A DNA stretch of 35,978 bases, taken from positions 25,184,880 through 25,220,857 of the forward strand of contig NC_069006.1 in NCBI RefSeq assembly GCF_001194135.2, written 5' to 3'. This document shows positions 10,747 through 23,588 of the stretch, in pieces. Source of the stretch: Octopus bimaculoides (taxonomy: Eukaryota). The notes beneath the pieces are model-generated. The model had not been told where the DNA came from. It worked only from the letters and a program-made list of their open reading frames with translations, and made no database searches. Both the position numbers and the translations under genes were made by a program. Positions within the stretch are counted from its first letter, which is position 1. Each line of letters begins with the position of its first letter.

Positions 10747-11089
10747 CAGTGGCTCTCAATCAGGTTTCGTATAGGATTTTGGGGGCTCCATGCAAGCGAA
10801 ATAGTAAATTGGAGATCCACATGTTGTATTTTAAGGGTCCATGAAATTTTTTACTTTCGATGTATTTTTTTGCAAGAAACTGCCTGGTTTCTTTCTCCAA
10901 CATTTAACAGAATTTTACATAATTCAGTCCACACAAATGAATGTGTAAAAAAAAAACAAAATAGGAATTTTGAAAGAAGTTTCTATAAAACGAGTTTTTA
11001 AACGTCAAATGGCTATGGAGGTCCACCAGAATAAAATAGTAATGAAAGGGGTGCATAGGTAAAGAAAAAAAAAGGGTTGAGAACTCTTG
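10747..11089. mobile_element. hAT (Charlie-like) MITE, 343 bp
   Basis: Ends cagtggctctcaatc and ggttgagaactcttg resemble CAGTGGTTCTCAAC-type TIRs. Flanking 8-mers atatatat and gtatagat are 6/8 identical. No coding capacity. Confidence 0.65.
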
Positions 11090-11954
11090 GTATAGATAAA
11101 GTAGCTTTCTTTTGTTTGATGTCTGGACACCAATTAATGGTCTCTGTTTATTCCAGGAGGCCAAGTAAGCAGGGAGGCATCAAATCAAAACACAAGTACA
11201 AGAGTTGATTTGAGCAGCACCTCAGCTGGGTGAGTGAAGAATTAAGAGTGCATCTGAAGAAGAGACAGATTAAGAAGACACTTGGAGACCTTGATGTGAA
11301 ATAGAGAACATTACAAACCACAGCCACTTTGGAATGCACTTGTCTATCTTGGAGTGAATCAAAATAGTGGCAAGAAAAAAGACATGACAACAGTAACTAG
11401 AGAGAGAGAGAAAGAGTAAGAAAAGAAGGTTAACGGCTTCAATCTGTTGATAATGAAGGAGAGTTACTTGCTCCTGGCTTCTTCAGACAGTCTGAATGGA
11501 TAAACTGTTTAAATAGATATTGATAACAGAGCCAAGCTTCTTCGAAGATTAGCCTTGTGTTTAATTAAATCAGTAGAGTTATTAATGAGGAAATTAACGT
11601 GATCGTAAATGGAAAGTTTACAGATTTAAATGGGAGTAAAAGTAAATGTGGAAAAGGTTAATTGGTGAATGGAAGAAGATAAAGAGATAAAAGTTTGGAT
11701 GAATATAAACGAAAGATGATTGTGAATTGTCAGTTCAATATTTAGTGAACCTGGGTAAAGTCAGAGGTTCTCAACATGGGTGGTACTGTCCCCAGGGTGG
11801 GGGTGCAGTGGGCATACCAAACAGTGTATTAGGCTTTAGGGAGCAGTGAGTGATGAGGTAACAACATAATTAACATACTAAATTTTACCTAAAGTAATAA
11901 TTATATCCTACATGATGAAACTAGTAAGGGTCATTAAAATAAAATGAGATCTCC

Positions 11955-12090
11955 TCTCATACCTTCCCTACAATGTCATTCTAAAAACAGTCCCTTCATT
12001 GAAACCCCAAAGCCATGAGATGATACATAAAACAATGTGAATAAATAAGCTTTACATTTGACAGCGTAATCTGAATGCTAAAAGGGTTAA
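11955..12090. mobile_element. Partial copy of the piggyBac-like MITE family
   Basis: ctacaatgtcattctaaaaa...ttacatttgacagcgtaatctgaatgctaaaagggttaa. Confidence 0.7.
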
Positions 12091-12561
12091 AAAGACAGGG
12101 TAGGCCCAGCTGGAATGTCTGATTAGAGATGTACTCAACCATTACTGATAGAAGATTATATAGCAACAACAACAACAGAGAAACCCAGAAAAAGGTAACC
12201 CGCCCTCCACCCTGGGCTTAACCAAAGACTTTAGCTGAGGCAGCACCACCATCAGCACACATGCCACTCTCGTCTCCCTTCAAAATGCAACGGCAGTGTT
12301 TTACTTTCATGGTGTAAAATATGCTTTAATTCAAAGAGCCGTACGGCAATTTCCAGTGAAAACAGAGTAAATACCATAAAAGGAAATATTGAAAAGCCAA
12401 CACCACAACAAAGAGAGAGAGGGAGAATAAAATGGAGGCACTTAAAGAGAGAGTAATCTAGAAAACTCATCAGTTTATGGAGTGAAACATGCAATATGGT
12501 GAAATTATATTTCATAAGTTCTGAAATATTGTGGTGTATACAATAAATATGGAAGAGACAC

Positions 12562-12617
<56 letters not shown>

Positions 12618-13074
12618 ATAGATAGATATGAAGAGAGAGAGAGGTGGAGGGAAGCTAGAGAGGATGGGGGGAGGGGAGAAGTTTTATGGAGTTTGCTGAA
12701 AGTTAAATGTTCACTGCTCTTTTATCACTGCATGTGTTCCCCTTTATGTCAGAGATATCAAGATAATAATTTAACACTTGCCAGGTTTGTTCAGGCATAA
12801 TTGCACCGACAGTTGCAAAGAACGCCAGTTATCCTGACACTGCAGGTGCTACACACGTATACACACATGCACACATGCAAACGCAAGCAGGCAAGCACAC
12901 AGAGTGGATGTTGGAAGGGCTATAATTCACTGCTGCCCTCAATATAGCTCCACATGAAGTCTAGCAGAGTTGACAGTGTCAGTGGGGGCATGTCAAGAAG
13001 GTTATGTAATAACAGAGAGAAATCTTACATCCAGGTAATCTTAAATCTCCCTTTCATGTAACATACATACATTG

Positions 13075-13096
13075 CATATATATATATGTGTATATA

Positions 13097-13147
<51 letters not shown>

Positions 13148-13157
13148 NNNNNNNNNN

Positions 13158-13195
<38 letters not shown>

Positions 13196-13357
13196 ATATA
13201 TAGATATATGTATATATATTTATACACACACAAACATATACATCATATACATATATATACATACACATTCTATACATATATATATATACACACACATATA
13301 TATACAAATACACATATGCATACTCACATTTATATATACAAATACATATATAATTAT

Positions 13358-13416
<59 letters not shown>
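13075..13416. repeat. (GT)n/(TA)n/(CA)n microsatellite block leading into the 795-N gap
   Basis: Seen directly. Confidence 0.95.
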
Positions 13417-14898
13417 NNNNNNNNNNNNNNNNNNNNNNNNNNNNNNNNNNNNNNNNNNNNNNNNNNNNNNNNNNNNNNNNNNNNNNNNNNNNNNNNNNNN
13501 NNNNNNNNNNNNNNNNNNNNNNNNNNNNNNNNNNNNNNNNNNNNNNNNNNNNNNNNNNNNNNNNNNNNNNNNNNNNNNNNNNNNNNNNNNNNNNNNNNNN
13601 NNNNNNNNNNNNNNNNNNNNNNNNNNNNNNNNNNNNNNNNNNNNNNNNNNNNNNNNNNNNNNNNNNNNNNNNNNNNNNNNNNNNNNNNNNNNNNNNNNNN
13701 NNNNNNNNNNNNNNNNNNNNNNNNNNNNNNNNNNNNNNNNNNNNNNNNNNNNNNNNNNNNNNNNNNNNNNNNNNNNNNNNNNNNNNNNNNNNNNNNNNNN
13801 NNNNNNNNNNNNNNNNNNNNNNNNNNNNNNNNNNNNNNNNNNNNNNNNNNNNNNNNNNNNNNNNNNNNNNNNNNNNNNNNNNNNNNNNNNNNNNNNNNNN
13901 NNNNNNNNNNNNNNNNNNNNNNNNNNNNNNNNNNNNNNNNNNNNNNNNNNNNNNNNNNNNNNNNNNNNNNNNNNNNNNNNNNNNNNNNNNNNNNNNNNNN
14001 NNNNNNNNNNNNNNNNNNNNNNNNNNNNNNNNNNNNNNNNNNNNNNNNNNNNNNNNNNNNNNNNNNNNNNNNNNNNNNNNNNNNNNNNNNNNNNNNNNNN
14101 NNNNNNNNNNNNNNNNNNNNNNNNNNNNNNNNNNNNNNNNNNNNNNNNNNNNNNNNNNNNNNNNNNNNNNNNNNNNNNNNNNNNNNNNNNNNNNNNNNNN
14201 NNNNNNNNNNNTTTAAAGCTAAAAAACTCATCCATCAAATGAGACAAGATCGGAAGAAAAAAAAAACCCAAGTTGGACACAAAAACTGCTCATTATAATT
14301 TTGAAGTTCTTTAAAGTGTGACCAGGTCGTAGGTGTATCTGGGATAACATTCACTATAAAAAGGAACAAAGGAGTGACTTTAATAGAGTGTGTGTTTACT
14401 AAATCACAGAGATGACCCCTGCCAAAATACCAGAGAATACGCTTCAGTACATGACTTTTAGATTAAAACCCTTTGCTAGGATATGGACATGGAACTGAAA
14501 AATCAAAAACTTCGGTCAGATCAGTAATGGACTTAAAAACTGAAAATGAAATATCAACTTCATTATTTGCTGCCGTCGGAAAACCAACATTCGACAACTT
14601 CATAGAAAAAGCTTTGAACCTCGTTTAAAATTTAATTGCATACTTATATAATTCAACTGCTTTTGGACACATGTACAAATGTGCTCGAGTATAAAGTCAG
14701 ACACATATTTAGTGACATAAAATCATTTTATAGTCTTTAGTTATAAAACCTGTTCTATAGAGATGAAGGGAACATTATTTCACAATTTAAAATGTTTTGA
14801 AGTATACAACCGAAATCACCACAGTCAAAATATTATACCAATAAGGAAGAATTGAAATAAAACAAGGTCCAAGCAATGAACACACCTAACTATTCGAG

Positions 14899-15129
14899 TC
14901 TTTAGCATTTAAACCAGTCTTACGCAGCCCAAATATTCTATTAGTTTTATGTTCAAACCAGCCAGATCCAGCCTCTCACACCAACCCAACACTGTTATTC
15001 TAAAAATAAACAATCCCATCATTGAAATCTCAAAGTTACGAGATAATGTAGGATTAATTGAAAACAATTACAATGTGAATAAATAAGGATTACATTTGAC
15101 AGAATAAATCTGAATGCTGGTAGGTCTAA
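14899..15129. mobile_element. Copy of the piggyBac-like MITE family, reverse orientation, near full length
   Basis: ctttagcatttaaaccag...gcccaaatattct...ttatgttcaaaccagccagatccagcctctcacacc...ttacatttgacagaataaatctgaatgct is the reverse complement of 18113-18305. Confidence 0.7.
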
Positions 15130-15832
15130 AACATCAGCTTAGCAGAAGATCTTTCTCTCTTTTTCTTTTTCAAAATCTCTCCAAATTCTTGATTAGTTTC
15201 AAAATTAATTAACACACACCAAAAGTAAATTTCCATAGCAAGAAATCTTGTTACAAGACTGGAGAAAGACTAGCCTCCTAAACGGAATGCTCAAAACCAT
15301 GATTTGCAGACAATACCAAACTAAGGAGATATGCACACATTTAAGTGACTGATTCCTCATAACTGAACAACCTCAGGAATTTATTTACACATGAAGCAAA
15401 ACATTCCAATAAAACCAAAAAAATGCAATCGAGTTCAACATTGAAACAATAATGGCTCGTTTTAGGAAGTGAAGCTAACAAACCAACAATTAATAGCTTA
15501 GAACACAAGACCCGTCTTTTAATATGTTTGCACCATGAGTTTGGAGACGTAACATGGTAATTTCAAAGAAATATCTATCTGTACTTCAGAGAAATATTGT
15601 CTCTCTCTTTCAAAGAAAGAATTTCAACAAATGAGATTTCAATAAAACAGAACGAAGAAAATAATAAGAGACAAAATTAAAGCTATACCACTTCACCGCC
15701 ATTAAAAATAAATCTAAACACTGTATTTACATATGACGTTGCTCCGCCGAAATGTTTTCATAAACCAAAATCTTTAAAGTAATCCGTTAGATCAAAACTG
15801 AATTAATTCCTCTCGTGGTATGACAAAAAAAA

Positions 15833-15863
<31 letters not shown>

Positions 15864-15941
15864 AAAAAACCTACATACACACATGAAGAACATTACATCT
15901 AAGTGTGTGTGTATATACATACGACTGTATTTCTATGTGTG

Positions 15942-15973
<32 letters not shown>

Positions 15974-16863
15974 CATACACATGTATATATGAGGCAGAGA
16001 GCAATTGAGAGAAGGAGAAAGCAAGCAAGAGAAAGAGAGAATGGAAGACAGAGCAACCAAGAAAGAGGGAGAGAGACAGATAGATAGGGAAAGAGGGAGA
16101 GGGAGAGAGAGGGAGATAAATAGATAGATTGATAGATAATGGGTAACAATTTGTACAATATGAATAAATATCAAAGTAAAAATGTAGTGAAAGAACCGAA
16201 ATAGATAAAACGCTAAAAGGAGCAAATAAATCTTTGTAGTATATTCTGAATCATTCAGCTCAATCAATAAACTATTGGAGACCAAAGCCGAGTCTCAAAG
16301 ACTATCAAAGACATGGCAATCTTCGATTTACAACATAAAAATAAAATGCCTGTAGGAAATAGAAAACATTAAGATATTTTATAAGGCTACACACGAACAG
16401 AACTGTATACGTGAGAGTGTGTGTACGTATGTAAGTGTGTGTGTGTATGTATGTATGTGAAGGTATATGTATGTGAAAGTGTACGTATGTATGTATCTAT
16501 GTGTTAGTCTGTGTGTGTGTGTGTGTGTGAATAGACATTTACTCAGGAGGTTGTTACACAAATAAATACACATTTCCATTCGACAGAATGCTTTACAACA
16601 CCATGTTTGAGAGAAGTTCTTCCAAAATGGAGATGAAATAATATTTAAAGTTACCACAGAGAGAGAGAGAGAGAGAGAGACCAACGACTTGGGGTTTTGA
16701 GTCAGCAAAGATGTACGATAGAGTTACTACCACTATAAAATGGCGCTGGCTCTGATTAACACGACCATGACCACTGATATTGTAATGATGGGGTATTTAT
16801 GGCAGAATGAGTGTCTCAGGGAAAATAAAACCGAACACAAGTTAAAGACAGAATGGTTGATTC

Positions 16864-16900
<37 letters not shown>

Positions 16901-16901
16901 T

Positions 16902-17120
16902 GGCATAAAGTGATGGTGTAGTGGTTAGAGTGTTGCACTTATAGTCTGATGGGTTCAATCCCTCGAGCAGGCAGCATGCTGTGTTCTTGCGCAAATTACT
17001 TCGTTTTATGTCAGTCCAGTCCACTCACCTGTAAATGAATGTCCCGGCGACAGGATACCCATTCTGATCAGGGAGAATGTTGGCTTGCAAGTCTAGCCAG
17101 CAGGGTGGCATAAAGCCACC
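16902..17120 (+). mobile_element. tRNA-headed SINE related to family D in head and core
   Basis: tggtgtagtggttagag (A box), gggttcaatccc (B box), then tgtgttcttgcgcaaattacttcgttttatgt...cagtccactca. No full cloverleaf or CCA, so not a tRNA gene. Confidence 0.6.
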
Positions 17121-18108
17121 AAACCCTCTCAAATATTCACCCTCAACTTAGTACAGAAGCCGTGCCAAAGCTGCCAGCATATGGCCTAGACCTAGCGCCC
17201 TCAGATTATTTCTTGTTCCCTTCCATAGCTCACTTCCTGTGTTCATAATGTTTTGTCAACCAAGAGGAGGTGGAAGATACAAGAACTGGCAGAAAGGGAT
17301 CTTCAGACGATGCAACACGATGGCCTCTTCTTTGAATCCTTGGCTGCTTTTGGTGTAACTTGACAAATAAAGCAAATAACTTACCGAAATATTGCCAAAC
17401 TTTTGATTCAACACAATAATAACTAACTATAGCCACAGACAGGAAAGTGATGTAGCAGCAACTGGGTGAGATTTATCAATAGAATTGAAAGGAAGGGGTG
17501 ATGTACAGATTTGACCAAAACACATGAAATGTAATTAAATCTTTTAATTATTACCTCCAGCAAGATATGTTTTTTTAAAAACGGGGGGGGGGGGAATAAA
17601 CTATGTCTGAATCTGCTGGTGGAGTTCAATGAGAGAGGAGAAAGGTTGAAAGATGGGTGGCATCTAGTAATGAAAATATTAGCTAATTTCCTACAGGCTG
17701 TCAGGTAATTATTAAGTAAACAACCAGTTTACTAGCAAGGTCGGCTATCTCTATTAAGAAATTCACACAAGAGGTATTCACGAGGTTGATGTATCTGTAG
17801 ATGATAAGATTGTAATGCACCAGCGTTCGGCTTCTACAAATTGCATTTGAGGGTTTGGGAGTGGAAGAAATTCTTCATAAATCTAGCAGTCTTGTCTACA
17901 GGTGTAAACCAGTCAGGTTTTTCAGATACGAAAGGAGTGTAATTCCTACTTTGATTTCAGAAATAACATGTTGTAAATTTTAGAGATAAATCAGCAAAGG
18001 TGTGCAGATGGAAGAGGAACAAGATAAACTTCACAGGTAAAACTGTTAACTCTTTTCATATTAACACACCTGAGACCAACCCTTGTTCTATGATACACAT
18101 TTCCTGTT

Positions 18109-18309
18109 TTAACCCTTTAGCGTTCAGATTACTCTGTCAAATGGATTATCTCATGGATTATCTCATAGTTTCAAAGCTTTCAATGATGTGATTATTTATT
18201 TTTAGAATGACATTGTAGGAGAGGTGTGAGATGCCAGATCTGGCCAGTGTGAACATAAAACAGAATATTTGGGCTGGGTATAGCTGAATACAGAATACTT
18301 AAGGGTCAA
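18109..18309. mobile_element. piggyBac-like MITE (ttaa|CCCTTTAG...AAGGG|tcaa)
   Basis: Terminal inverted ttaaccctttagc and tacttaagggtcaa with TTAA-like flanks. The same internal sequence occurs at 14899-15129 and 11955-12090 (both reverse), 32865-32945 and 166-232. The superfamily is inferred only from the termini. Confidence 0.6.
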
Positions 18310-19207
18310 GGGGCTCTAAATTAAAAGAATCCATTAAATATACCTGTAAGCTTCCAAAATGACAAACGTTTCTTTTACTAAATTCTTTGCTGTTTTCAAA
18401 ATGAATAGCAACAAAGGCAAATATGACAACAAAAAGGGTAAAATCAAAACTGAGAGAGGATTCCTCTAAATTCACCGAAGACCAGAGAGAGAGAAGCGTA
18501 AATAGTCAGCTTGGAGACGGAAGTAAATGTGACCTTTAAAGAATGGTAAAAAAAAAAGGGAAAACGTTATGACAGTTGGTTTTAAATGAGGGCAGACTAC
18601 AATGTGTGAGTGTGTGTGTGTGTGTGTGACCTGACGTTGCTATATGGAGTGCAAAAAAGTGAGACAAACTATTCATGAAGGATCAGAGGCCATGTCTAAG
18701 TATAATTGAAGAGAATCTGTGTGAATGGAGGATGGCGGAGGCGATTGTTTACAACTGCGACGACCACCACATCCTTTCAAGAGAATCACAAAGTAATTGG
18801 AGGAAATAAGCCGTAACTTAGCAAAGAGATGCTCTGATATTTTAACATTTCGGTTGAAAGCCTAAACATTAAGGTTGATTCAAAGACAAAAAAAAAAAAC
18901 ATCAACGTTGAAATTGGTGAGATTTCTGAGTTTATAGGTTAACAAGGGAGATGAAGAGCGGAGGATGTTAGTAGAAAGATGTCAAATTGAAGGAAATTTC
19001 AGCGACAACTAAAGAGGCAGGCAGGTAAATACAGCAAAAACAATCCAATTTATTCAAAACTCTATCGGCGTTGTTGTTTAACATCAGCATCACCTCTTTT
19101 ACACTTCCACACATTGCTGTGTATTACGATCAACAATAATGGTATTTTTAGATCACTTTAACAGGCAAATTGTGGTGCCCACCCTGCACAGAAAATGATA
19201 TCACTAG

Positions 19208-19295
19208 CAGGGCTGTGGAGTCGGGGCCGAAGTCGTAGAGTCAGAAACAATTAAGGGGTGGCTGGAGTCGGTAAAACTATACTGACTCTGACTCG
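19208..19295. mobile_element. Possible short hAT-like MITE remnant
   Basis: Starts cagggctgtggagtcgg and contains ggagtcgg...ctgactctgactc inverted motifs. The right TIR is decayed and there is no TSD. Confidence 0.35.
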
Positions 19296-20292
19296 CAATA
19301 TTTCACATTTACATTTTACATTACATAATATATATATATTTACAAAACTAAAATTAAGGAACGGACATGCTTTGGTAAATTAATTTGCTGGCGGGAGAGG
19401 AGAAGGAACAAAGTTCAGCAACAGTGAGGGAGAGGAGGAGGGAAGAGAAGTTCCGTGGAAAACATGAAATCCATATGGTGAATGAATGAAGGCAGGAAAG
19501 TGGAAGGGGGCTTTATAGTCAAGGGAGATAATATGTCAGTCTTTATATGTGTACAAGTGACATGTATGGGGGTGAGAGACACATAGGGGTGTGTGTGTGA
19601 GAGAGATGTGTATGTGTGTGAAATGAGTACATGAAATGTGTGAGATGTATGGGTGTGGATGGGAGAGAATACGAGATAGAAGAAAGAGAGGAAGGCATGT
19701 GTGTGTGTGTGTGTGTGTGTGTGAGTGACAGAGAATATGCTTATGTAGGGCAATGTGTGTACAGATATATCAGTGAATGACTGAGTGGAAATATGTGTGT
19801 GTGTGTGTGTGTGGTGTGTGTGTGCATACAGCAGTGTAGGTACTGTGAACAAGGCATTGTGCGTATGTGTGTGTGTGTGTGTGTGAGCCGAGCAGGTTAG
19901 GTGGAGAAGAAGTGTTACTAAATGAAAACATGGCAATGATTAATTCCAGCTGGGAGAACAGATTGGCTGATACTCGGGGAGCAAAAAGGAGGCAGTTGAT
20001 CCACAGTGGAAAGTGACACTCCAGATGGAGACAGTCAGTTACAAACTGGAGCAATCCGGTGCTGTTTATGCAGCACATTTAAAACGTAATTGTTGAAATA
20101 ATCTGTCTAGCTCTGACTGGTTTGCCCAGTGATTGACAATCCACAAAGTACATTATGTTCTTGGTGGTACAGGTAAAATGGTTGGTGAGACGGAAGGAGA
20201 GACGGAAGTGTAAGGTGGTAGGATGGCAAGAGGGAAGATATTTAGTGGTAAGGTAAATTGAGGGCTGAGATGTAGGCAATAGCACTCAATTA

Positions 20293-20722
20293 AATCAACC
20301 CCAGTACACAACTGGTACTTAATTTATCGACCCTGAAAGGATGCAAGGCAAAGTCGACCTCGGTGGGATTTGAACTCAGAATGTAAAGACAAAGGAAATA
20401 CCACTAAGCATTTCACCCAGCATGCTAACATTTCTGCAAGCTCACCACCTTATAATAATAATAATAATAATAAAAATAATAATAGTATCAACTTTTGGCA
20501 AAAGACCAGGCATTTCAGGGGAGGAGACGACAAGTCAATTACACTGACCCCAGCGCTTGTCTGGTACACATTTCATTGACCCAACCACCCACCCGCCCAA
20601 AAGAATAAAAGGCAAAGTCAACCACAGCAGCATTTGAACTCATCATAACATACGTAAAAGACAGACAATATGCTGCTAAGCATTTTGCCTGGCGTGCTAA
20701 CAATTCTGCCAGCTCTCCTCCT
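20293..20722 (-). mobile_element. Two head-to-tail SINE family A copies (20293-20450 and 20491-20722) joined by an (AAT)n tract
   Basis: Both contain aggcaaagtc(g/a)acc...atttgaactca...ctaagcattt...tgctaaca...ctgc(a/c)agctc, the reverse complement of the family A head and core. Confidence 0.8.
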
Positions 20723-21435
20723 ACTCCCCCCCCCATCATCATCATCATCATCATCATTATCATTAATAATAATAATAAAATAACAACAGCTCAATTGATA
20801 AAAATTTATTGTAATCCAATAAAAGATGAAATGCCTCGCTCCTTAACCTGTTAAGCAGGGTCCTTATTTGATTATATATATATGTAGATATATATAAACT
20901 TTTGCATCTAAACCTATCAAGTTTTCGTATATAGCAATAACTGGCCCTGTTTACCATAAAACTGTCGTTAAACTGCAGCACTTCCTTTAAAACCATCATC
21001 ATCATCATCGACATAAGTCTAACTGGTGCAACACACTTAAGGCTGTGTTGTTAAAAACACTACCGAGAGAATTACATCAAATATGAAAGATAAGTGGATA
21101 TAAGAGTAATGGCAACCAATTAGGTTGTTGATCTTCTTCTTCTTCTGCCTCCACCTCCCTCTTCTTGAGTGGTGGTGATGGCGATGGTTATATTTATAAC
21201 CACCACCACTGGCAAGAGTATAAGGAAACAATAGAACATGGGTGGTGGTGGCGGTGGTGATGATGTGAGAGACTAACACGGTGTTATCCCCACCACCACT
21301 TCTCTTGTTCTCTCTTTATGGTTACTGAAGCTGCTAGAAATAGCAGTCAAATTTCTCTCAAACCCATACATTACCAATTGTGCGCCAATAGCCTAACCAC
21401 TAGGCTACTTGCCTTCACAATACATACACTGAGGA

Positions 21436-21557
21436 CTTCCTTACAGTTTCCTTGTACCAAATGCAGTCACAAGGCTCAACCCAGGGCTATAGCAGAAGTC
21501 ACATGGCCAAAGTGTTGCGCAATGGGACCCAAACCAAAACCCCACAGTTGCAAAACA
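21436..21557 (-). mobile_element. Diverged SINE family B copy
   Basis: cagtttccttgtaccaaatgcagtcacaagg...ggctatagcagaagtcacatggccaaagtgttgcgcaatgggacc. Confidence 0.55.
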
Positions 21558-21599
21558 TCTTAAGAACACATATGATACTCCGTTGAGTAGTATGACAAG

Positions 21600-21631
<32 letters not shown>

Positions 21632-21790
21632 GTTGGCATCGGTTGGACAGTTTGACAGGAGGAGCAGGAAAGGCCAGGGGACTGAATCAGGCTCCACTGC
21701 CTGCTTTGGCATGGTTTTCGCGGCAGGATAGCCTTCCTGGCGCTTACAGAATGAACTGGGTGTTTTGTTATGTGGCACCAATGTGGGCAA
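21600..21790 (-). mobile_element. Diverged RTE LINE 3' tail fragment
   Basis: (cat)n followed by tgttggcatcggttggacagtttgac...ctttggcatggttttcgcggcaggatagccttcctg, similar to 5361-5500. Confidence 0.6.
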
Positions 21791-23233
21791 GGTCACCAAG
21801 AAACTTGTAAGACAAAGATCTTTTGAGAGGGGTGGGGCATTGGAGGGCAGTGGCTTTGTACCATGTGATGAGGGGTTAAAAAGAGGTGTCCTACTGTAGA
21901 GGAGATACATGGTTACTCCAAAGAGAGAGAGAGAGAGAGAGAGAGAAATGGTGGTGATATGCCAGGGAAAACTCCCAAGGCATAGCAATGAGAAAATGAA
22001 CAGGATGGCAGAGCACTGGGTGCATGAATAGGGAATTCATATGAATGCAAAGGGTGAGGGTGCGAATGGAGGAAAACGTAGGGATTGGTGACCCTCCCCC
22101 CACACTGGATATAAAGGCGAGGATTGGGGGACGACAACAGGATAGCAATGATAGACTTCATAAAAGCCCCATTGAACCCAAACAGCCAGCAACTATAAAG
22201 ATTGAGATTTTGATGAAGTTAAGTGTCAAGCCGAGGAGACTACCACTGAAGTGGGCCGAAAAATAGTTAGCAAAGTGAATAAGAAGTGGCTATGAAGAAA
22301 TATTTGCTTTGAAATAGCCAAAACCCCACCACCACCACCATTGGCCAGATAAATATGTTTGTCCAATGCAAACGCATCCTGCCAAACAACAAAACAATGA
22401 AAGACTGCCTAACAAACAGAGGCAGATGTTGTCTAATGCTAATATCGCCATCTCTCTCTCTCTCTCTCCTACACGAGTCCACAATGGGGGTTAGAAACCT
22501 AGATTGTTGTTTAACAGACGAATCCAGGAAACTGGTCTTATGAGTCTATATGACACAGATCTGCCATCGTCACTGTCGTCGTCGTCCTCCTCCTCCTCCT
22601 CCTCCTGGGTACAATCTCCCCCCAACAAAGTATTCTCAGTCTGAAATATATCAGCCTTTTCCTCTTCTTCACAATCACACCAATCTTTTATATTTTATAT
22701 TCTATTTCTCCATTTTCCATTTTCCAACTGTCTCCGCTCACTAATTGTCAAAGCAGGCCACTGCCCATTTACATCAGGTCCTAGTGTTTACTCAACATAC
22801 AACAGGGGGTGTTCTGTTACACAATTACATGCTACAAGCTTCGGTATATTTCATCTGTCCACATTTAAAAAGCTGGTGAATAGAAACCGGCAATGAAGCT
22901 ATGGATTTCGTTTCAATTAGCCCCTGACATTAAAGACTTCACCAGCAGAAATATTAGCTCGGAGACAATAACATAGGAAGATAGATTTGAAGGTTGCGGA
23001 TGAGGTGGAGCAGGAAGGGGAAAATTGGTAATGCCAAGATGTCAGGATTTAGAGAGGGGATTTTGGAGAGCCACAGATTCAAAACAAGATTAGAGTAGAA
23101 CCACTACATGTAAGATTCCCAACGTGTGCGTGTAGTGTGGATACATGTGTATATATATGCACACATACATACACATATATCTATATAGAAACACGTGTGT
23201 GTTTGTGTGTATATACATACCTCTAACCAAGAA

Positions 23234-23550
23234 GTGTGGCTTCGTGGTTAGGGGGATTTGGTTCATAATCATAAGGTCGCAGGTTCAAATACTGGTGAAG
23301 TATTGGGTCCTTGAGCAAGACACTTTATTGCTCGTTGCTCCAGTCTACTCAGCTGGCAAAAATGAGTTGTACCAGTAATTCCAAAGGGCCAGCCTTACAA
23401 CACTCTGTGCCACACTGAATCTCCCCAAGAACTACATTAAGGGTACGTGTGTCTGTGGAGTACTCAGACACTTGCACATTAATTTTACAAGCAGGCTGTT
23501 TGGTTTGTCGGATCAACTGGAACTCTTGTTGTTGTAACTGACAGAGTGCC
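23234..23550 (+). mobile_element. tRNA-headed SINE, family D, followed by (GACA)n
   Basis: gtggcttcgtggttagg...caggttcaaatac...gtccttgagcaagacactttatt...aagaactacattaagggtac...tgtggagtactcag, colinear with the reverse complement of 1270-1548. Confidence 0.8.
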
Positions 23551-23553
23551 AGT

Positions 23554-23588
<35 letters not shown>

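Noticed and set aside
15670-15710. Minus-strand VKWYS, resembling the BAH VKWYYR motif
   Set aside because: It is not followed by R..SEVP and has no splice sites.
16902-16975. Possible tRNA gene (A and B boxes)
   Set aside because: No complete cloverleaf, and it continues into SINE core sequence.
17230-17436. Complex sequence with a plus-strand acceptor-like site and a minus-strand donor-like site
   Set aside because: No frame resembles RERE or any family I recognise, and all three plus-strand frames stop within about 140 nt.
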